This document shows, in pieces, positions 37,512-46,872 of a stretch of 64,000 nt of DNA (position 1 is the stretch's first letter; each line of letters starts with the position of its first letter). The notes beneath the pieces were generated by a model. That model saw nothing but the letters and a program-made list of their open reading frames with translations. It was not told where the DNA came from and searched no databases. The stretch is from Christensenellaceae bacterium. Lineage in GTDB: Bacteria; Bacillota; Clostridia; Christensenellales; Borkfalkiaceae. The position numbers were made by a program, and so were the translations under genes. Where the stretch lies: NCBI GenBank assembly GCA_045651405.1, contig JAZRSH010000029.1, forward strand, positions 97,960 through 161,959. The letters are read 5' to 3'.

Positions 37512-37548
37512 TTTTTAAAATGTTAATATAATTAAAAGGAGAAAATTT

Positions 37549-38934
37549 ATGTATTATCTTGCAGTTGATATTGGTGCGTCAAGTGGTAGACATATTCTTG
37601 GCAAACTTGAAAACGGAAAGTTAGAACTTACTGAAATTTATCGTTTTGAAAACGGTTACGAAAAACAAGGGGATAAGCTTGTTTGGAATATTGAAAAACT
37701 TTTTAACAACGTTGTTGAAGGTATTAAAGAATGTAAAAAATACGGTGTTGTGCCTTACTCTATCGGTATTGATACTTGGGGCGTTGACTATGCACTTTTA
37801 GATGAAAACGGCAACATCATTGATGAAGTTTATTCGTATAGGGATAACCGCCATAGCGAAGTTGTTAAAGACGTTGAAGATATTATTCCGTTCAGCGAAC
37901 TTTACAAAGAAACGGGTATTCAAAAAGCATCGTATAATACCATTTATCAATTATATTGCGATAAAAAGTCTGGTAAACTTGCTAAGGCAAAACGCATTTT
38001 ATCAGTACCTGATACCCTTCATTATCTTTTAACAGGCGTTATGAAAAACGAATATACCCACGCATCAACAACGGGTATGTTAAATGCTAAAACGGGTACT
38101 TGGTCTGAAATGATTATCGAAAAACTTGGCTACCCAAGGGAAATTTTTGGTCAAATTTACCCAGCGGGCGAAATTTCTGGTCACCTTAAAAAAGAAATTC
38201 AAGAAATCGTTGGTTTTGACTGTTTAGTAGTATTACCTGCATCTCACGATACTGCAAGTGCAGTAATGGCTGTTCCATCTGATAGCGAGTTTCCACTTTA
38301 CATTTCAAGCGGTACTTGGTCACTTTTAGGTACCGAACTTAAAGCACCTGTTACCGATGAAAAAGCATATGAATTTAACGCGACTAACGAAGGCGGTTTT
38401 GGTGGAACTATTAGGTTCTTAAGAAACATCACGGGTATGTGGACTATTCAAAGCATTAAACGTGAACTTGAAAATAAATTTGGCTACCAAGAACTTATGT
38501 ATTTTGCTATGGATGAAAAGGATTTTGATAGCACGGTTGACCTTAACGACGAAAGATTTTTAGCACCTGATAGCATGATTAACACTATCAAAGATTACTG
38601 CAAAGAAAAAGGTCAAAAAGTCCCTGAAAACATCGGCCAAGTAATGAACGTTGTTTATAGAAGTTTAGCAGGTATCTATAAAGAAACTATCGAGCAAATG
38701 GAAGAAGTTACCGGTCAAAAATTCGATACTATCAATATCGTAGGTGGCGGTAGTAAAGACGAATACCTTAACACTTTAACTAAAAACTATACGGGTAAAC
38801 GCGTTATCGCAGGCCCAACCGAAGGTACAGCAGTCGGCAACCTTTTATCTCAAGCAATCTCTTCTGGCGAAGTTAAAGACCTTAAAGATGGAAGAAAGAT
38901 TGTAACAAACTCATTTAAAGTAAAAGAAATTTAA
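37549..38934 (+). CDS. rhaB: rhamnulokinase (FGGY family)
   Basis: YLAVDIGASSGRHILG N-terminus, FENG...W motif, GGGSKDEYLN. Confidence 0.8.
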   Translation: MYYLAVDIGASSGRHILGKLENGKLELTEIYRFENGYEKQGDKLVWNIEKLFNNVVEGIKECKKYGVVPYSIGIDTWGVDYALLDENGNIIDEVYSYRDNRHSEVVKDVEDIIPFSELYKETGIQKASYNTIYQLYCDKKSGKLAKAKRILSVPDTLHYLLTGVMKNEYTHASTTGMLNAKTGTWSEMIIEKLGYPREIFGQIYPAGEISGHLKKEIQEIVGFDCLVVLPASHDTASAVMAVPSDSEFPLYISSGTWSLLGTELKAPVTDEKAYEFNATNEGGFGGTIRFLRNITGMWTIQSIKRELENKFGYQELMYFAMDEKDFDSTVDLNDERFLAPDSMINTIKDYCKEKGQKVPENIGQVMNVVYRSLAGIYKETIEQMEEVTGQKFDTINIVGGGSKDEYLNTLTKNYTGKRVIAGPTEGTAVGNLLSQAISSGEVKDLKDGRKIVTNSFKVKEI

Positions 38935-38938
38935 TAAA

Positions 38939-38969
38939 AAAAGAGTTTGGATTTTGTCCAAACTCTTTT
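38939..38969. terminator. bidirectional terminator
   Basis: AAAGAGTTTGGA ttttg TCCAAACTCTTT. Confidence 0.85.
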
Positions 38970-38972
38970 AAA

Positions 38973-39845
38973 TTATATTGATTTATTTTCAGCGATTTCT
39001 TTAAGTTGAGCCACGTAGTTTTGCTCTACGTATTTATTGTTTTTATTAAGGTCGAATTTAGAAATAACTCTATCAATCAACTCGTAAGCGTACTTCATTG
39101 CGCGGTTTGATTTTATCCTTAAAAACGCAGGTACTTGTTCGTATGATTTAACGCCACCTTGGTCGATAATATTAAAGCGTGATTCTATGTGTTTAACGTC
39201 AAGGTTAAGATAAAGTTTAAGTGATTTGCCAGAGGTGGAAAGTTTAAAGAGTTGGTCTCTACCAATATTAAAAGTATCCGCCGTGTTAGAAACCCTTGAT
39301 TTAATCTTTTTAAAGGACATAATGTAATTTTTAAGTTCGTTATATCTTTCTAAAATTACAGGGTCTGTTTCAAACATTTTAACGGCAAACGGTTTTTTAA
39401 TAACTTTAACTGTTTCAAGGCTACTAAAGTCATCGCTAAGCATACCGTCTAAGTCTGATTGAAGGGTGTTGTCGGCAGAAAGTGTTTCTTCTTCAATGCT
39501 TGATTGAAGAGCGATAGTAATATCTTCGCTTAAAATAGGCTCGTCAATAGTTAAAGCATCGTCAAAAAACGGAAGGTCTTCGCCTTCGTCTTTAAACAAA
39601 ACTTCTTCGCTAACGTATTCGGGCTCAACGGGTTCAATAAACTCAAGGCTTTCTTCTAAAATTCCTGCGCTTTCATCAGCAGTAATATCTTCACAGCCTC
39701 CTTCGCTTTTAAAGGATTCGCCAGCCTTTGCTATTTGCTTGTTGATAATATTTGATTCGTCTGGTTCCATGTAGTCAAGTTCTTCAGCAACCGTGTTTTT
39801 AAATAAATCTTCAGATTTCATAATAATTTTCCTTCTTGATATCAA
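38973..39845 (-). CDS. hypothetical protein, acidic N-terminal half
   Basis: Long ORF. D/E-rich first ~140 aa, basic C-terminal domain. No motif recognised. Start uncertain (M1 or M9). Confidence 0.5.
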   Translation of the reverse strand: MISRRKIIMKSEDLFKNTVAEELDYMEPDESNIINKQIAKAGESFKSEGGCEDITADESAGILEESLEFIEPVEPEYVSEEVLFKDEGEDLPFFDDALTIDEPILSEDITIALQSSIEEETLSADNTLQSDLDGMLSDDFSSLETVKVIKKPFAVKMFETDPVILERYNELKNYIMSFKKIKSRVSNTADTFNIGRDQLFKLSTSGKSLKLYLNLDVKHIESRFNIIDQGGVKSYEQVPAFLRIKSNRAMKYAYELIDRVISKFDLNKNNKYVEQNYVAQLKEIAENKSI

Positions 39846-39883
39846 TTATATACTAAAAGTTTACAAATTTCAAGTAAAACAAA

Positions 39884-39915
39884 AAAACCTTTTGAAAGCA
39901 ATTTCAAAAGGTTTT
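39884..39915 (-). terminator. terminator downstream of yqeY-like gene
   Basis: AACCTTTTGAAA gcaa TTTCAAAAGGTT flanked by A and T runs. Confidence 0.8.
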
Positions 39916-39920
39916 AATTA

Positions 39921-40343
39921 TTAAAATTCTTTAGCGATTGTAGATACGACTTTCATATCCGCTTTGCCTTGGTAATTGATTTTAAAATGTTTCATTACCG
40001 ATGGTAAAGTTTTATCTTCAAGTCCTGCTATAATTTCGCGGATTTTATCTTCAGAAAGCATTTCAGGAAGATATTTTTTAATAACTTCAATTTGTTTTGA
40101 TAAAGATGCAACGTTTTCCATTCTGCCCGCTTTTTCAAAACCTTCTTTTTCTTCAATAAGTTCCTTTTCTGCCTTTTTAAGAAGGGTATCGATATCCGCT
40201 TCGCTAACCGTTTCATTGGTAGCGCGTTTTTCAATAGTTAAACTCATAATCTTAGTGATGATTACGTTAAGTGCCGAAACGGTATCCTTATCGTGATTTT
40301 TCATCGCTTCAACTTTTTCTTTCTTAAATTGTTCTAAAGTCAT
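39921..40343 (-). CDS. GatB/YqeY domain protein
   Basis: 140 aa. MTLEQFKKEKVEAMKNHDKDTVSALNVI matches the YqeY family N-terminus. Confidence 0.8.
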   Translation of the reverse strand: MTLEQFKKEKVEAMKNHDKDTVSALNVIITKIMSLTIEKRATNETVSEADIDTLLKKAEKELIEEKEGFEKAGRMENVASLSKQIEVIKKYLPEMLSEDKIREIIAGLEDKTLPSVMKHFKINYQGKADMKVVSTIAKEF

Positions 40344-41170
40344 TTTTTAAGCTCCTTGATAATTTTAATAGTGTCATTAAATACCGAAACGTCAATATCT
40401 TCAATTTGACCGCCGTCAACAAGTTTACGCGTGTTTGTGTCAAGCGGGATTTCAGCAAGTACGGGTAAGTTCCACTTATCCGCAACTTCTTTAGTTTTAC
40501 CCGTGCCGAAGATATATTCTTTTTCGCCACACTTAGGGCATTTATAATAACTCATATTCTCAATGATACCAAGCACAGGCACGTTCATCATATTTGCCAT
40601 ATTAAGTGCCTTTTCTACTATCATAGAAACAAGGTCTTGCGGGGTTGTTACTATAATAATACCGCTGATTGGTAAACTTTGGAAGACGGTAAGCGGTACG
40701 TCACCCGTTCCAGGTGGCATATCTATAAACATAACGTCGTTATCTTTCCATAAAACGTCGGTATAAAATTGTTTAACTACCGCCGAAATAACTGGGCCAC
40801 GCCAAACAACCGGTTTTGTGCTTTCTTCTAAAAGAAGGTTAATCGACATTACTTTAATTCCGCCTTTAGTGGTTACGGGGATAAGGCCTTCTTCCGAACC
40901 AATGGCTCTATCGTTTGCAGTAAAGCCAAAAGTTTTAGGGATAGATGGGCCTGTAATATCGGCGTCCATTATCGCGGTTTTAAGACCTTGCTTATTTGAA
41001 GCCACGGCAAGCATTGACGATACAAGCGATTTGCCTACGCCACCTTTACCGCTAACAACGGCAATAATCTTATCGATTTTGGAATTTTTGTTTTGTTCTA
41101 CTAATAATGACGTTCTATCCTTGCATGATGATTGACTGCAAGTTGAACAATTGTGGTTACATTCACTCAT
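40340..41170 (-). CDS. Mrp/NBP35 (ApbC) family Fe-S cluster carrier ATPase
   Basis: Deviant Walker A VVSGKGGVGKS, CPKCGE motif, N-terminal Cys-rich CNHNCSTCSQSSC. Confidence 0.85.
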   Translation of the reverse strand: MSECNHNCSTCSQSSCKDRTSLLVEQNKNSKIDKIIAVVSGKGGVGKSLVSSMLAVASNKQGLKTAIMDADITGPSIPKTFGFTANDRAIGSEEGLIPVTTKGGIKVMSINLLLEESTKPVVWRGPVISAVVKQFYTDVLWKDNDVMFIDMPPGTGDVPLTVFQSLPISGIIIVTTPQDLVSMIVEKALNMANMMNVPVLGIIENMSYYKCPKCGEKEYIFGTGKTKEVADKWNLPVLAEIPLDTNTRKLVDGGQIEDIDVSVFNDTIKIIKELKK

Positions 41171-41249
41171 ACCGTATATTATACTCCATTGTCAATTATA
41201 AGTAAACATTTTTTAGATAATATTTTATAAAATATTTCTTTGTTTTGGG

Positions 41250-41278
41250 TTGATTTAACTCCTTTTTTATGGTATTAT
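41250..41278 (+). promoter_or_regulatory. sigmaA-type promoter
   Basis: TTGATT, 17 nt spacer, TATTAT, with TGg extended -10. Confidence 0.45.
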
Positions 41279-41307
41279 AGTTAGGTAGTAAAAACAAGGA
41301 CGTGCTT

Positions 41308-42801
41308 ATGATGAAATTCGGGTTTAATAGTGACAAATATTTATCCGTTCAAACTGAACAAATCCTTAAAAGGATAGATAAGTTTGGCGGTAAATTATAT
41401 CTTGAGTTCGGCGGTAAACTTTTTGATGATTTTCACGCTTCAAGGGTTCTTCCGGGTTTCGCGCCTGATAGTAAAATCAAAATGCTTAACAAACTTAAAG
41501 ATAGGGCGGAAATTGTAATCGTAATCAATTCTTGCGATATTGCTAAAAATAAAGTGCGTGCCGACCTTGGTATTACCTACGACGTTGACGTTTTAAGGCT
41601 CATCGATATCTTTAGGGGTTACGGCTTGTACGTTGGTAGCATTGTTCTTTCAAGATTTGAAGATGGAAACGATAGCGCTATTTCTTTCAAGAAGAAACTT
41701 GAAAAGTTAGGCTTAAAGGTTTACGTTCACTATCCAATCAAAGGCTATCCAAATAACGTGCCTTTAATTTTAAGTGACGAAGGCTACGGTAAAAACGAAT
41801 ATATAGAAACTTCGCGTGATTTAGTGGTTGTTACCGCACCGGGTCCAGGTAGCGGAAAGATGGCAACCTGCCTTTCTCAACTTTATCACGAATATAAAAA
41901 GGGTGTAAAAGCAGGCTATGCTAAGTACGAAACCTTCCCTATATGGAATCTTCCGTTAAATCACCCTGTCAATATGGCGTACGAATCTGCAACTGCCGAT
42001 TTAAACGACGTTAATATGATAGACCCTTGGCATTTATCCGCGTATGGTGAAACTGCGGTTAACTACAATAGGGATATTGAAATCTTCCCCGTACTCAACA
42101 ACCTTTTCGAAAAGATTATGGGAAGCAACCCTTACAAGTCGCCAACCGATATGGGTGTAAACATGGCGGGCTTTGCTATTAGTGACGATGCTATTTGTAG
42201 GGAAGCGTCTAAGCAAGAAATTATCAGGCGTTATTTCAAAGCGCTTGAAAACGAAAGAAGAAACAACTTAGACCCTGTAGAGTCTGAAAAGATTTTACTT
42301 TTAATGAACAGCATTAATTTATCCGTTGAAGATAGGGCGGTGTATAGCGCTTGTATGGAAAAGCAAGCAAAAACCGGTGTGCCTTGTAGTGCGATGCAAC
42401 TTAGCGACGGTACTATTATTACGGGTAAGACTTCGGAACTCTTTGAAAGTCAAAGTGCAATGATACTTAACGCGCTTAAGTTCTTGGCAAATATTCCTGA
42501 TGACGTAAACTTACTTCTTCCAGAAAGTATCGTGCCTATCACCGAACTTAAAGTTAAGTACTTGGCGTCTTTAACACCAAGGTTGCATATTGACGAAATG
42601 CTTATTGCGTTGTCGTCAAGTAGTGCTACTAACGAAAACGCAAGCCGTGCAATTAAAGAACTTCCAAAACTTATGAATGCTCAAGTTCATAGTTCTATAA
42701 TGTTACCGCATATCGATGCTAAAATGCTTAGAAAGTTAGGTGTAAACTTAACAAGTTCTCCTGTGTATGAAGACAAGGTTCCAAAGCAAGTAACAAACTA
42801 A
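41308..42801 (+). CDS. DUF1846 (UPF0371) family protein
   Basis: MKFGFNSDKYL..QTEQILKRI...LYLEFGGKLFDDFHASRVLPGF is the conserved UPF0371 N-terminus. First ATG at 41308. Confidence 0.8.
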   Translation: MMKFGFNSDKYLSVQTEQILKRIDKFGGKLYLEFGGKLFDDFHASRVLPGFAPDSKIKMLNKLKDRAEIVIVINSCDIAKNKVRADLGITYDVDVLRLIDIFRGYGLYVGSIVLSRFEDGNDSAISFKKKLEKLGLKVYVHYPIKGYPNNVPLILSDEGYGKNEYIETSRDLVVVTAPGPGSGKMATCLSQLYHEYKKGVKAGYAKYETFPIWNLPLNHPVNMAYESATADLNDVNMIDPWHLSAYGETAVNYNRDIEIFPVLNNLFEKIMGSNPYKSPTDMGVNMAGFAISDDAICREASKQEIIRRYFKALENERRNNLDPVESEKILLLMNSINLSVEDRAVYSACMEKQAKTGVPCSAMQLSDGTIITGKTSELFESQSAMILNALKFLANIPDDVNLLLPESIVPITELKVKYLASLTPRLHIDEMLIALSSSSATNENASRAIKELPKLMNAQVHSSIMLPHIDAKMLRKLGVNLTSSPVYEDKVPKQVTN

Positions 42802-42849
42802 GTATTTTATGTTGATAAATGGTCAAAAAATGTTGATAACTTTTTATAG

Positions 42850-42878
42850 CCGTTAGAATCAGTAATCTTTTCTAACGG
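42850..42878 (+). terminator. hairpin terminator after the DUF1846 gene
   Basis: CCGTTAGAA (11-nt loop) TTCTAACGG followed by an AT-rich tail. Confidence 0.55.
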
Positions 42879-43022
42879 TTATATATATTATATATAGATA
42901 GGGGAATAGTCAATAATTAGCAATTTTTATTAAAAATTCTTTATGTTGATAACTTTTTGGCTAAATATTTATAAAATCCCTATTTCTTTTGCTAAAAACA
43001 ACTAAAAAATTAAGAAAAATAC

Positions 43023-43051
43023 TTGACAATAAAAAAAATATAATTTATAAT
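43023..43051 (+). promoter_or_regulatory. perfect-consensus sigmaA promoter
   Basis: TTGACA (43023-43028), exactly 17 nt spacer, TATAAT (43046-43051). About 200-nt leader before ATG 43263. Confidence 0.7.
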
Positions 43052-43262
43052 TACAGTACCAATGTGTAGTATTGGCTTTATTTTGCGTAGAGTCAATTAT
43101 TTAAGGAGGTATTAATCGGCAAGCAAAACATAAGAATTTTTTAAAATTAAGTAACATTAACCCCACCTGACTAAGCAGTATTTCCGTTAGCTGTTTGGTC
43201 CAAACAAAACAAAATTTAAACAAAAAAGAAAATTAAAACATTTATTTAAGGAGAAAATAAAA

Positions 43263-46079
43263 ATGCAAGGAAACAAAACTAAGACAATGCTTGTTAAAAT
43301 TTTAAGCATCATTTGTTCTTTCTGCTGTTGTTTCGCACTTTGCTTCGGCTTAATCGGCTGTGGTGAAGAAGATCCTGTTGTTGTTTCAATTATCGTTGAA
43401 AATGATATTCTTAAAGTTACATATTCAAACGGTGACGTTAAGACTATCGGTTCTGTAAAAGGCGATAAAGGTGACAAAGGTGAAGACGGCGCTCAAGGCG
43501 AAAAAGGTGACAAAGGCGACAAAGGCGATAAAGGCGAACAAGGCGAACAAGGTATTCAAGGTGAAACTGGTGCTACTGGTGCTACTGGTGCTGCTGGTGA
43601 AGACGGTGAAGATTACAACTCTTTCGCTAAAGACTGCGTACACAACCGTGTTGAATACGTATTAGCTTACCCTACATGTTCAACTGAAGGTATCATGATT
43701 AGTGCATGTATCGAATGTAACGGTATGGAAACTATCGTTCTTGAAAAAGAAGAAGATTTACACGGTCAAATCGTAACATCTTACATTCTTGGTCCTGAAG
43801 ATGCACTCGTTCCTGCTTTAACATTTGAAGCATACGCAACTGAAAAAGGCGCTAACTACGTTGCACCTACTTGTACATCAAAAGGTAAAAACGATGAAAT
43901 TTGTGCTGAATGTAAAGCAGTATTAAATACTGATGAAATCGACATTCTTGATCACAAGAACGAAGACGGTACTTCTGCTCGTATCCACTTCAGAGGTCCT
44001 AGAGAAAATGGTAACATCTGTATGGATGGTATCTACGAAGGCGATTTATGCTTACTTTGTGGCGATGTAAACAACACAGCTTATACTCCAGCTGCTGGTC
44101 ACCACACTGCTGATGATACTTGGACTTACGTTGATGGCGTTAAACCTGCTATTGGTGCTGGCGCTCAAGCAACTGGTACATGTACTGAATGTAAAGAAAC
44201 TATCGTTATCGATCTCCCTGCTTTAGACGCTAAAGTTAACGGTGAATTCGTTTACGATATTGACGTAACTGTTCCTGCATCTTGTTTTGCTGCTGGTAAC
44301 ACTAACTACACTTATGAAGATATCACTGGTTTCGTAGCTGACGTTGACGTTGCTACAAGCACAGCTCACAAATTTGCTGGTCAAGATATCGATTTAGGTT
44401 ATGTATTTACAGAAGCTGAAGTTACTGCATTAGGATTTGATATTATTTCTAACGTTCCATCTTCTTGCTTAGAAAAAGGTGAAGCAGTATTTGAATGTAC
44501 AGTTTGTGCAAAAACTAATAAAGTATTCTTCATTGGTAACCACAAAGCTGTTGAAGGTAAAGACGTTGTTACTGCTCCTACATGTCTTGCTAAAGGTTAC
44601 ACAACTCACACATGTTCTGTTTGTGCCGTTGAATACAAAGACACTTATGTTGACAAACTTCCACACAGCTTCGTTGTAGAAAGTGAAAAAGTTAACGAAG
44701 AAGACGATACTAAACTTGACGTTGTATTTGCTTGTACAACTCCAGGTTGCACAGAAAAACTTTCTATTACTGGTACAGTTAACACTGCTGAAAGCTATGC
44801 TGCTGACTGTGGTAAAGATGGTAAAGTTGTTTACGACTACATTGACCTCGAAGGCGCACCTCAAAAATTCGTTGTAGTTCTTCCTAAACTTACTGACCAC
44901 ACAATCGTAGCTGGTACAACTCTTAAAGACTTCAATGCTAAACCAGAAGGTTACACTTACAGTGCTATTAAAGCATTTGAAACAGCTGGTACTCTTAGAT
45001 TCATTGATAACGTTCCTACAGCATGTAACGTTAAAGGTGAAGCAGTATTCGAATGTATTGACTGTCATAAGACAATTAAGATTAACGTTTACGCTGACCA
45101 CGACTTCGGTACTAACGAAGAAGTTTACCACAAACATACTCAAACTGCAGTTGGTTACACTACTAAATTATGTAACTCTTGTGGTGAAGATATTGTTATC
45201 GCAAAAGACCCTGCTATCGTTCACACTTGGAAATTCCTTTCTAAAGTTAAAAACGAAAACGAAGATACTTACACTGTAGCATTCGAATGTACTGTTTGTG
45301 GCAAACAAGAATCTGACGTTATCGCTACATTAACAAATACTGTTCCTGCAACTTGCGAAGGTCCTGGTAAATACGTTTACAGCTACACAGATAAAGACGG
45401 TAACCCTCAATCATTTGATATTGAAATCCCAGCTCTTACAGACCATACAATCGTAACTGATGTAACTCTTAAAGATTTCAATGCTAATCCAGAAGGTTAT
45501 ACTTACAGCGCAATCGAAGCTTACGTAACAGCTGGTGTTCTTAGATTCATTGATAACGTTCCTACAGCATGTAACGTAAAAGGTGAAGCAGTATTTGAAT
45601 GCTTATCTTGCACTAAGACTATTAAGATTAACGTTTATGCTGACCACGATTATGAACTTCAACCAGTTGTAGAACCTACTCACGCAACTATCGGTGAAAA
45701 ATTCGAAATCTGTAAAGATTGTGGTGACAAACACGTTATCGAAACTTATGACGTAGTTCCTCACGTTTACGGTGATCCAGTTCTCAATGCAGACGGTAAA
45801 TTCGAATTTACATGTGCTTGCGGTCACGTTGAAGTAGTTAACGCTGTTAAAGTTGTAGTTACTGCTCCTACTTGTACAGCTGGTGGTTACACTGATTACT
45901 ACTTAGATGCAACTAACTTCGTTCGTGCTAACTACACAGATGCTCTTGGTCACGACTATGAAGAAGACGTTATCGTTAACTTCGAAGTTGAAATCAACGG
46001 TATCATGCGTAAATGTAAAGCAATCTTATGTAAAGTTTGCGGCGAAGCATTAATCATTGAAGTTGAACCAGAACTTTAA
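43263..46079 (+). CDS. large secreted lipoprotein with collagen-like triple-helix repeat and multiple Cys-rich modules
   Basis: Lipobox LIGCGEE, 17 G-X-Y triplets, recurrent (A/V)P(T/S)C..KG....C..C modules. RBS AAGGAGAA upstream. Confidence 0.85.
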   Translation: MQGNKTKTMLVKILSIICSFCCCFALCFGLIGCGEEDPVVVSIIVENDILKVTYSNGDVKTIGSVKGDKGDKGEDGAQGEKGDKGDKGDKGEQGEQGIQGETGATGATGAAGEDGEDYNSFAKDCVHNRVEYVLAYPTCSTEGIMISACIECNGMETIVLEKEEDLHGQIVTSYILGPEDALVPALTFEAYATEKGANYVAPTCTSKGKNDEICAECKAVLNTDEIDILDHKNEDGTSARIHFRGPRENGNICMDGIYEGDLCLLCGDVNNTAYTPAAGHHTADDTWTYVDGVKPAIGAGAQATGTCTECKETIVIDLPALDAKVNGEFVYDIDVTVPASCFAAGNTNYTYEDITGFVADVDVATSTAHKFAGQDIDLGYVFTEAEVTALGFDIISNVPSSCLEKGEAVFECTVCAKTNKVFFIGNHKAVEGKDVVTAPTCLAKGYTTHTCSVCAVEYKDTYVDKLPHSFVVESEKVNEEDDTKLDVVFACTTPGCTEKLSITGTVNTAESYAADCGKDGKVVYDYIDLEGAPQKFVVVLPKLTDHTIVAGTTLKDFNAKPEGYTYSAIKAFETAGTLRFIDNVPTACNVKGEAVFECIDCHKTIKINVYADHDFGTNEEVYHKHTQTAVGYTTKLCNSCGEDIVIAKDPAIVHTWKFLSKVKNENEDTYTVAFECTVCGKQESDVIATLTNTVPATCEGPGKYVYSYTDKDGNPQSFDIEIPALTDHTIVTDVTLKDFNANPEGYTYSAIEAYVTAGVLRFIDNVPTACNVKGEAVFECLSCTKTIKINVYADHDYELQPVVEPTHATIGEKFEICKDCGDKHVIETYDVVPHVYGDPVLNADGKFEFTCACGHVEVVNAVKVVVTAPTCTAGGYTDYYLDATNFVRANYTDALGHDYEEDVIVNFEVEINGIMRKCKAILCKVCGEALIIEVEPEL
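43461..43613 (+). repeat. collagen-like (G-X-Y)17 coding repeat
   Basis: GDKGDKGEDGAQGEKGDKGDKGDKGEQGEQGIQGETGATGATGAAGEDGED. Confidence 0.95.
44721..45830 (+). repeat. intragenic tandem duplication (two ~180-aa modules)
   Basis: LTDHTIVAGTTLKDFNAKPEGYTYSAIKAFETAGTLRFIDNVPTACNVKGEAVFECIDCHKTIKINVYADHD aligns with LTDHTIVTDVTLKDFNANPEGYTYSAIEAYVTAGVLRFIDNVPTACNVKGEAVFECLSCTKTIKINVYADHD. Boundaries are approximate. Confidence 0.85.
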
Positions 46080-46100
46080 TAAGATCTTAAACTAACTAAA

Positions 46101-46128
46101 TATCGTTCCTGCCTAAGCAGGAACGATA
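46101..46128 (+). terminator. 12-bp perfect hairpin just after the lipoprotein gene (no U-tail on plus strand)
   Basis: TATCGTTCCTGC ctaa GCAGGAACGATA. Confidence 0.5.
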
Positions 46129-46194
46129 CCCAAAAAATTAATTCTGCAAAGTTAGCAGTTATACTAACTTAAGGTGGTTTTAAATAGCGGAACA

Positions 46195-46228
46195 GAACGC
46201 TCGACATTAAGTCGGGCGTTCTCTTTTT
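46195..46228 (+). terminator. intrinsic terminator
   Basis: GAACGCTCGAC attaa GTCGGGCGTTC followed by TCTTTTT. Confidence 0.7.
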
Positions 46229-46350
46229 AAAGGCGTATAACCTTTGCAATACTGCGTTTCTGCAAAAAAAGTTTGACTATGATGACCAAAAGGTCTATCA
46301 TATCCACACTTTTTTGCGAGCCTTGTCTTGCTTGGTTCTACGCCTTTAAA
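46226..46350 (+). repeat. family-1 long-hairpin intergenic repeat, copy B
   Basis: Closing stem TTTAAAGGCGTA / TACGCCTTTAAA. Same conserved blocks as 17635-17763. Confidence 0.85.
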
Positions 46351-46362
46351 TAATGTTTTACT

Positions 46363-46487
46363 ATACTTTGTAAGTCTTGTCTAACTTGCTTCTGCACTCT
46401 TAAAATGCCGCTATATTAAGCAAAGGTCTACCAGTCAACTAAACTTTACGAGCCTATCCCAACTTGCTTTTACGCCTTTAAAATATT
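46363..46487 (+). repeat. degenerate partial family-1 units (3'-arm-like, two copies)
   Basis: CTTTGTAAGTCTTGTCTAACTTGCTTCTGCACTCTTAAAA and AAAGGTCTACCAGTCAACTAAACTTTACGAGCCTATCCCAACTTGCTTTTACGCCTTTAAAA parallel the right half of copy B. Confidence 0.6.
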
Positions 46488-46503
46488 ACTTTACTAAACT
46501 TAA

Positions 46504-46533
46504 TAAAAAAAGGATTGTAACTTTTACAATCCT
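46504..46533 (-). terminator. second (tandem) minus-strand terminator downstream of rpmA
   Basis: AGGATTGTAA ctt TTACAATCCT with an A7 run on the plus strand, which is a U-run on the minus strand. Confidence 0.6.
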
Positions 46534-46551
46534 ATCCTATAAAATCTAAAT

Positions 46552-46581
46552 AAAAAAAGTTCGACAACGTCGAACCTTTTT
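46552..46581 (-). terminator. rpmA terminator
   Basis: GTTCGAC aac GTCGAAC flanked by A7 and T5. Confidence 0.8.
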
Positions 46582-46587
46582 CTTTAA

Positions 46588-46860
46588 TTATGCTTCGTAA
46601 ACCGAAACTTGTTTGCGGTCTTTGCCAAGTCTTTCGAATCTAACAACACCGCTTACCGTTGCAAACAAAGTATCGTCTTTACCCATACCAACACCAGTAC
46701 CTGGGTAGAATTTAGAACCTCTTTGTCTTACAAGGATTGAGCCTGCTGAAACTTTTTGACCGTCAGCGCGTTTAATACCTAAACGTTTAGCAGCGCTATC
46801 ACGACCGTTTCTACTGCTACCTACACCTTTCTTATGAGCAAATAATCTGAATAAAAACAT
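46588..46860 (-). CDS. rpmA: 50S ribosomal protein L27 (with N-terminal propeptide-like extension)
   Basis: [28 protein letters not shown]. The Firmicutes-type extension precedes the conserved AHKK. Confidence 0.95.
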   Translation of the reverse strand: MFLFRLFAHKKGVGSSRNGRDSAAKRLGIKRADGQKVSAGSILVRQRGSKFYPGTGVGMGKDDTLFATVSGVVRFERLGKDRKQVSVYEA

Positions 46861-46872
46861 AAAATTTCCTCC

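Noticed and set aside
42809-42958. Replication origin (DnaA-box cluster).
   Set aside because: There are only three imperfect boxes. No dnaA or dnaN is nearby and no clear AT-rich unwinding element arrangement is present. It is kept only as a possible operator motif.
43103-43140. An upstream ORF behind the orphan AAGGAGG in the lipoprotein leader.
   Set aside because: No ATG, GTG or TTG lies at suitable spacing. Only a hypothetical ATC start would give a 9-codon peptide.
44469-45143. A 224-aa antisense ORF inside the collagen-repeat lipoprotein gene, and many similar antisense or alternate-frame ORFs in the track (for example 8102-8470, 50039-50509, 36908-37255, 13947-14300).
   Set aside because: They lie wholly within much longer ORFs that carry clear family motifs. 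They have low-complexity or odd composition (F/N/C/V-rich) and no RBS. These are typical shadow ORFs.
44721-45830. Diversity-generating retroelement (template/variable repeat) explanation for the two near-identical ~180-aa modules.
   Set aside because: Differences between the two nucleotide copies involve all base types, not adenine-specific changes. No reverse transcriptase gene is present in the window.
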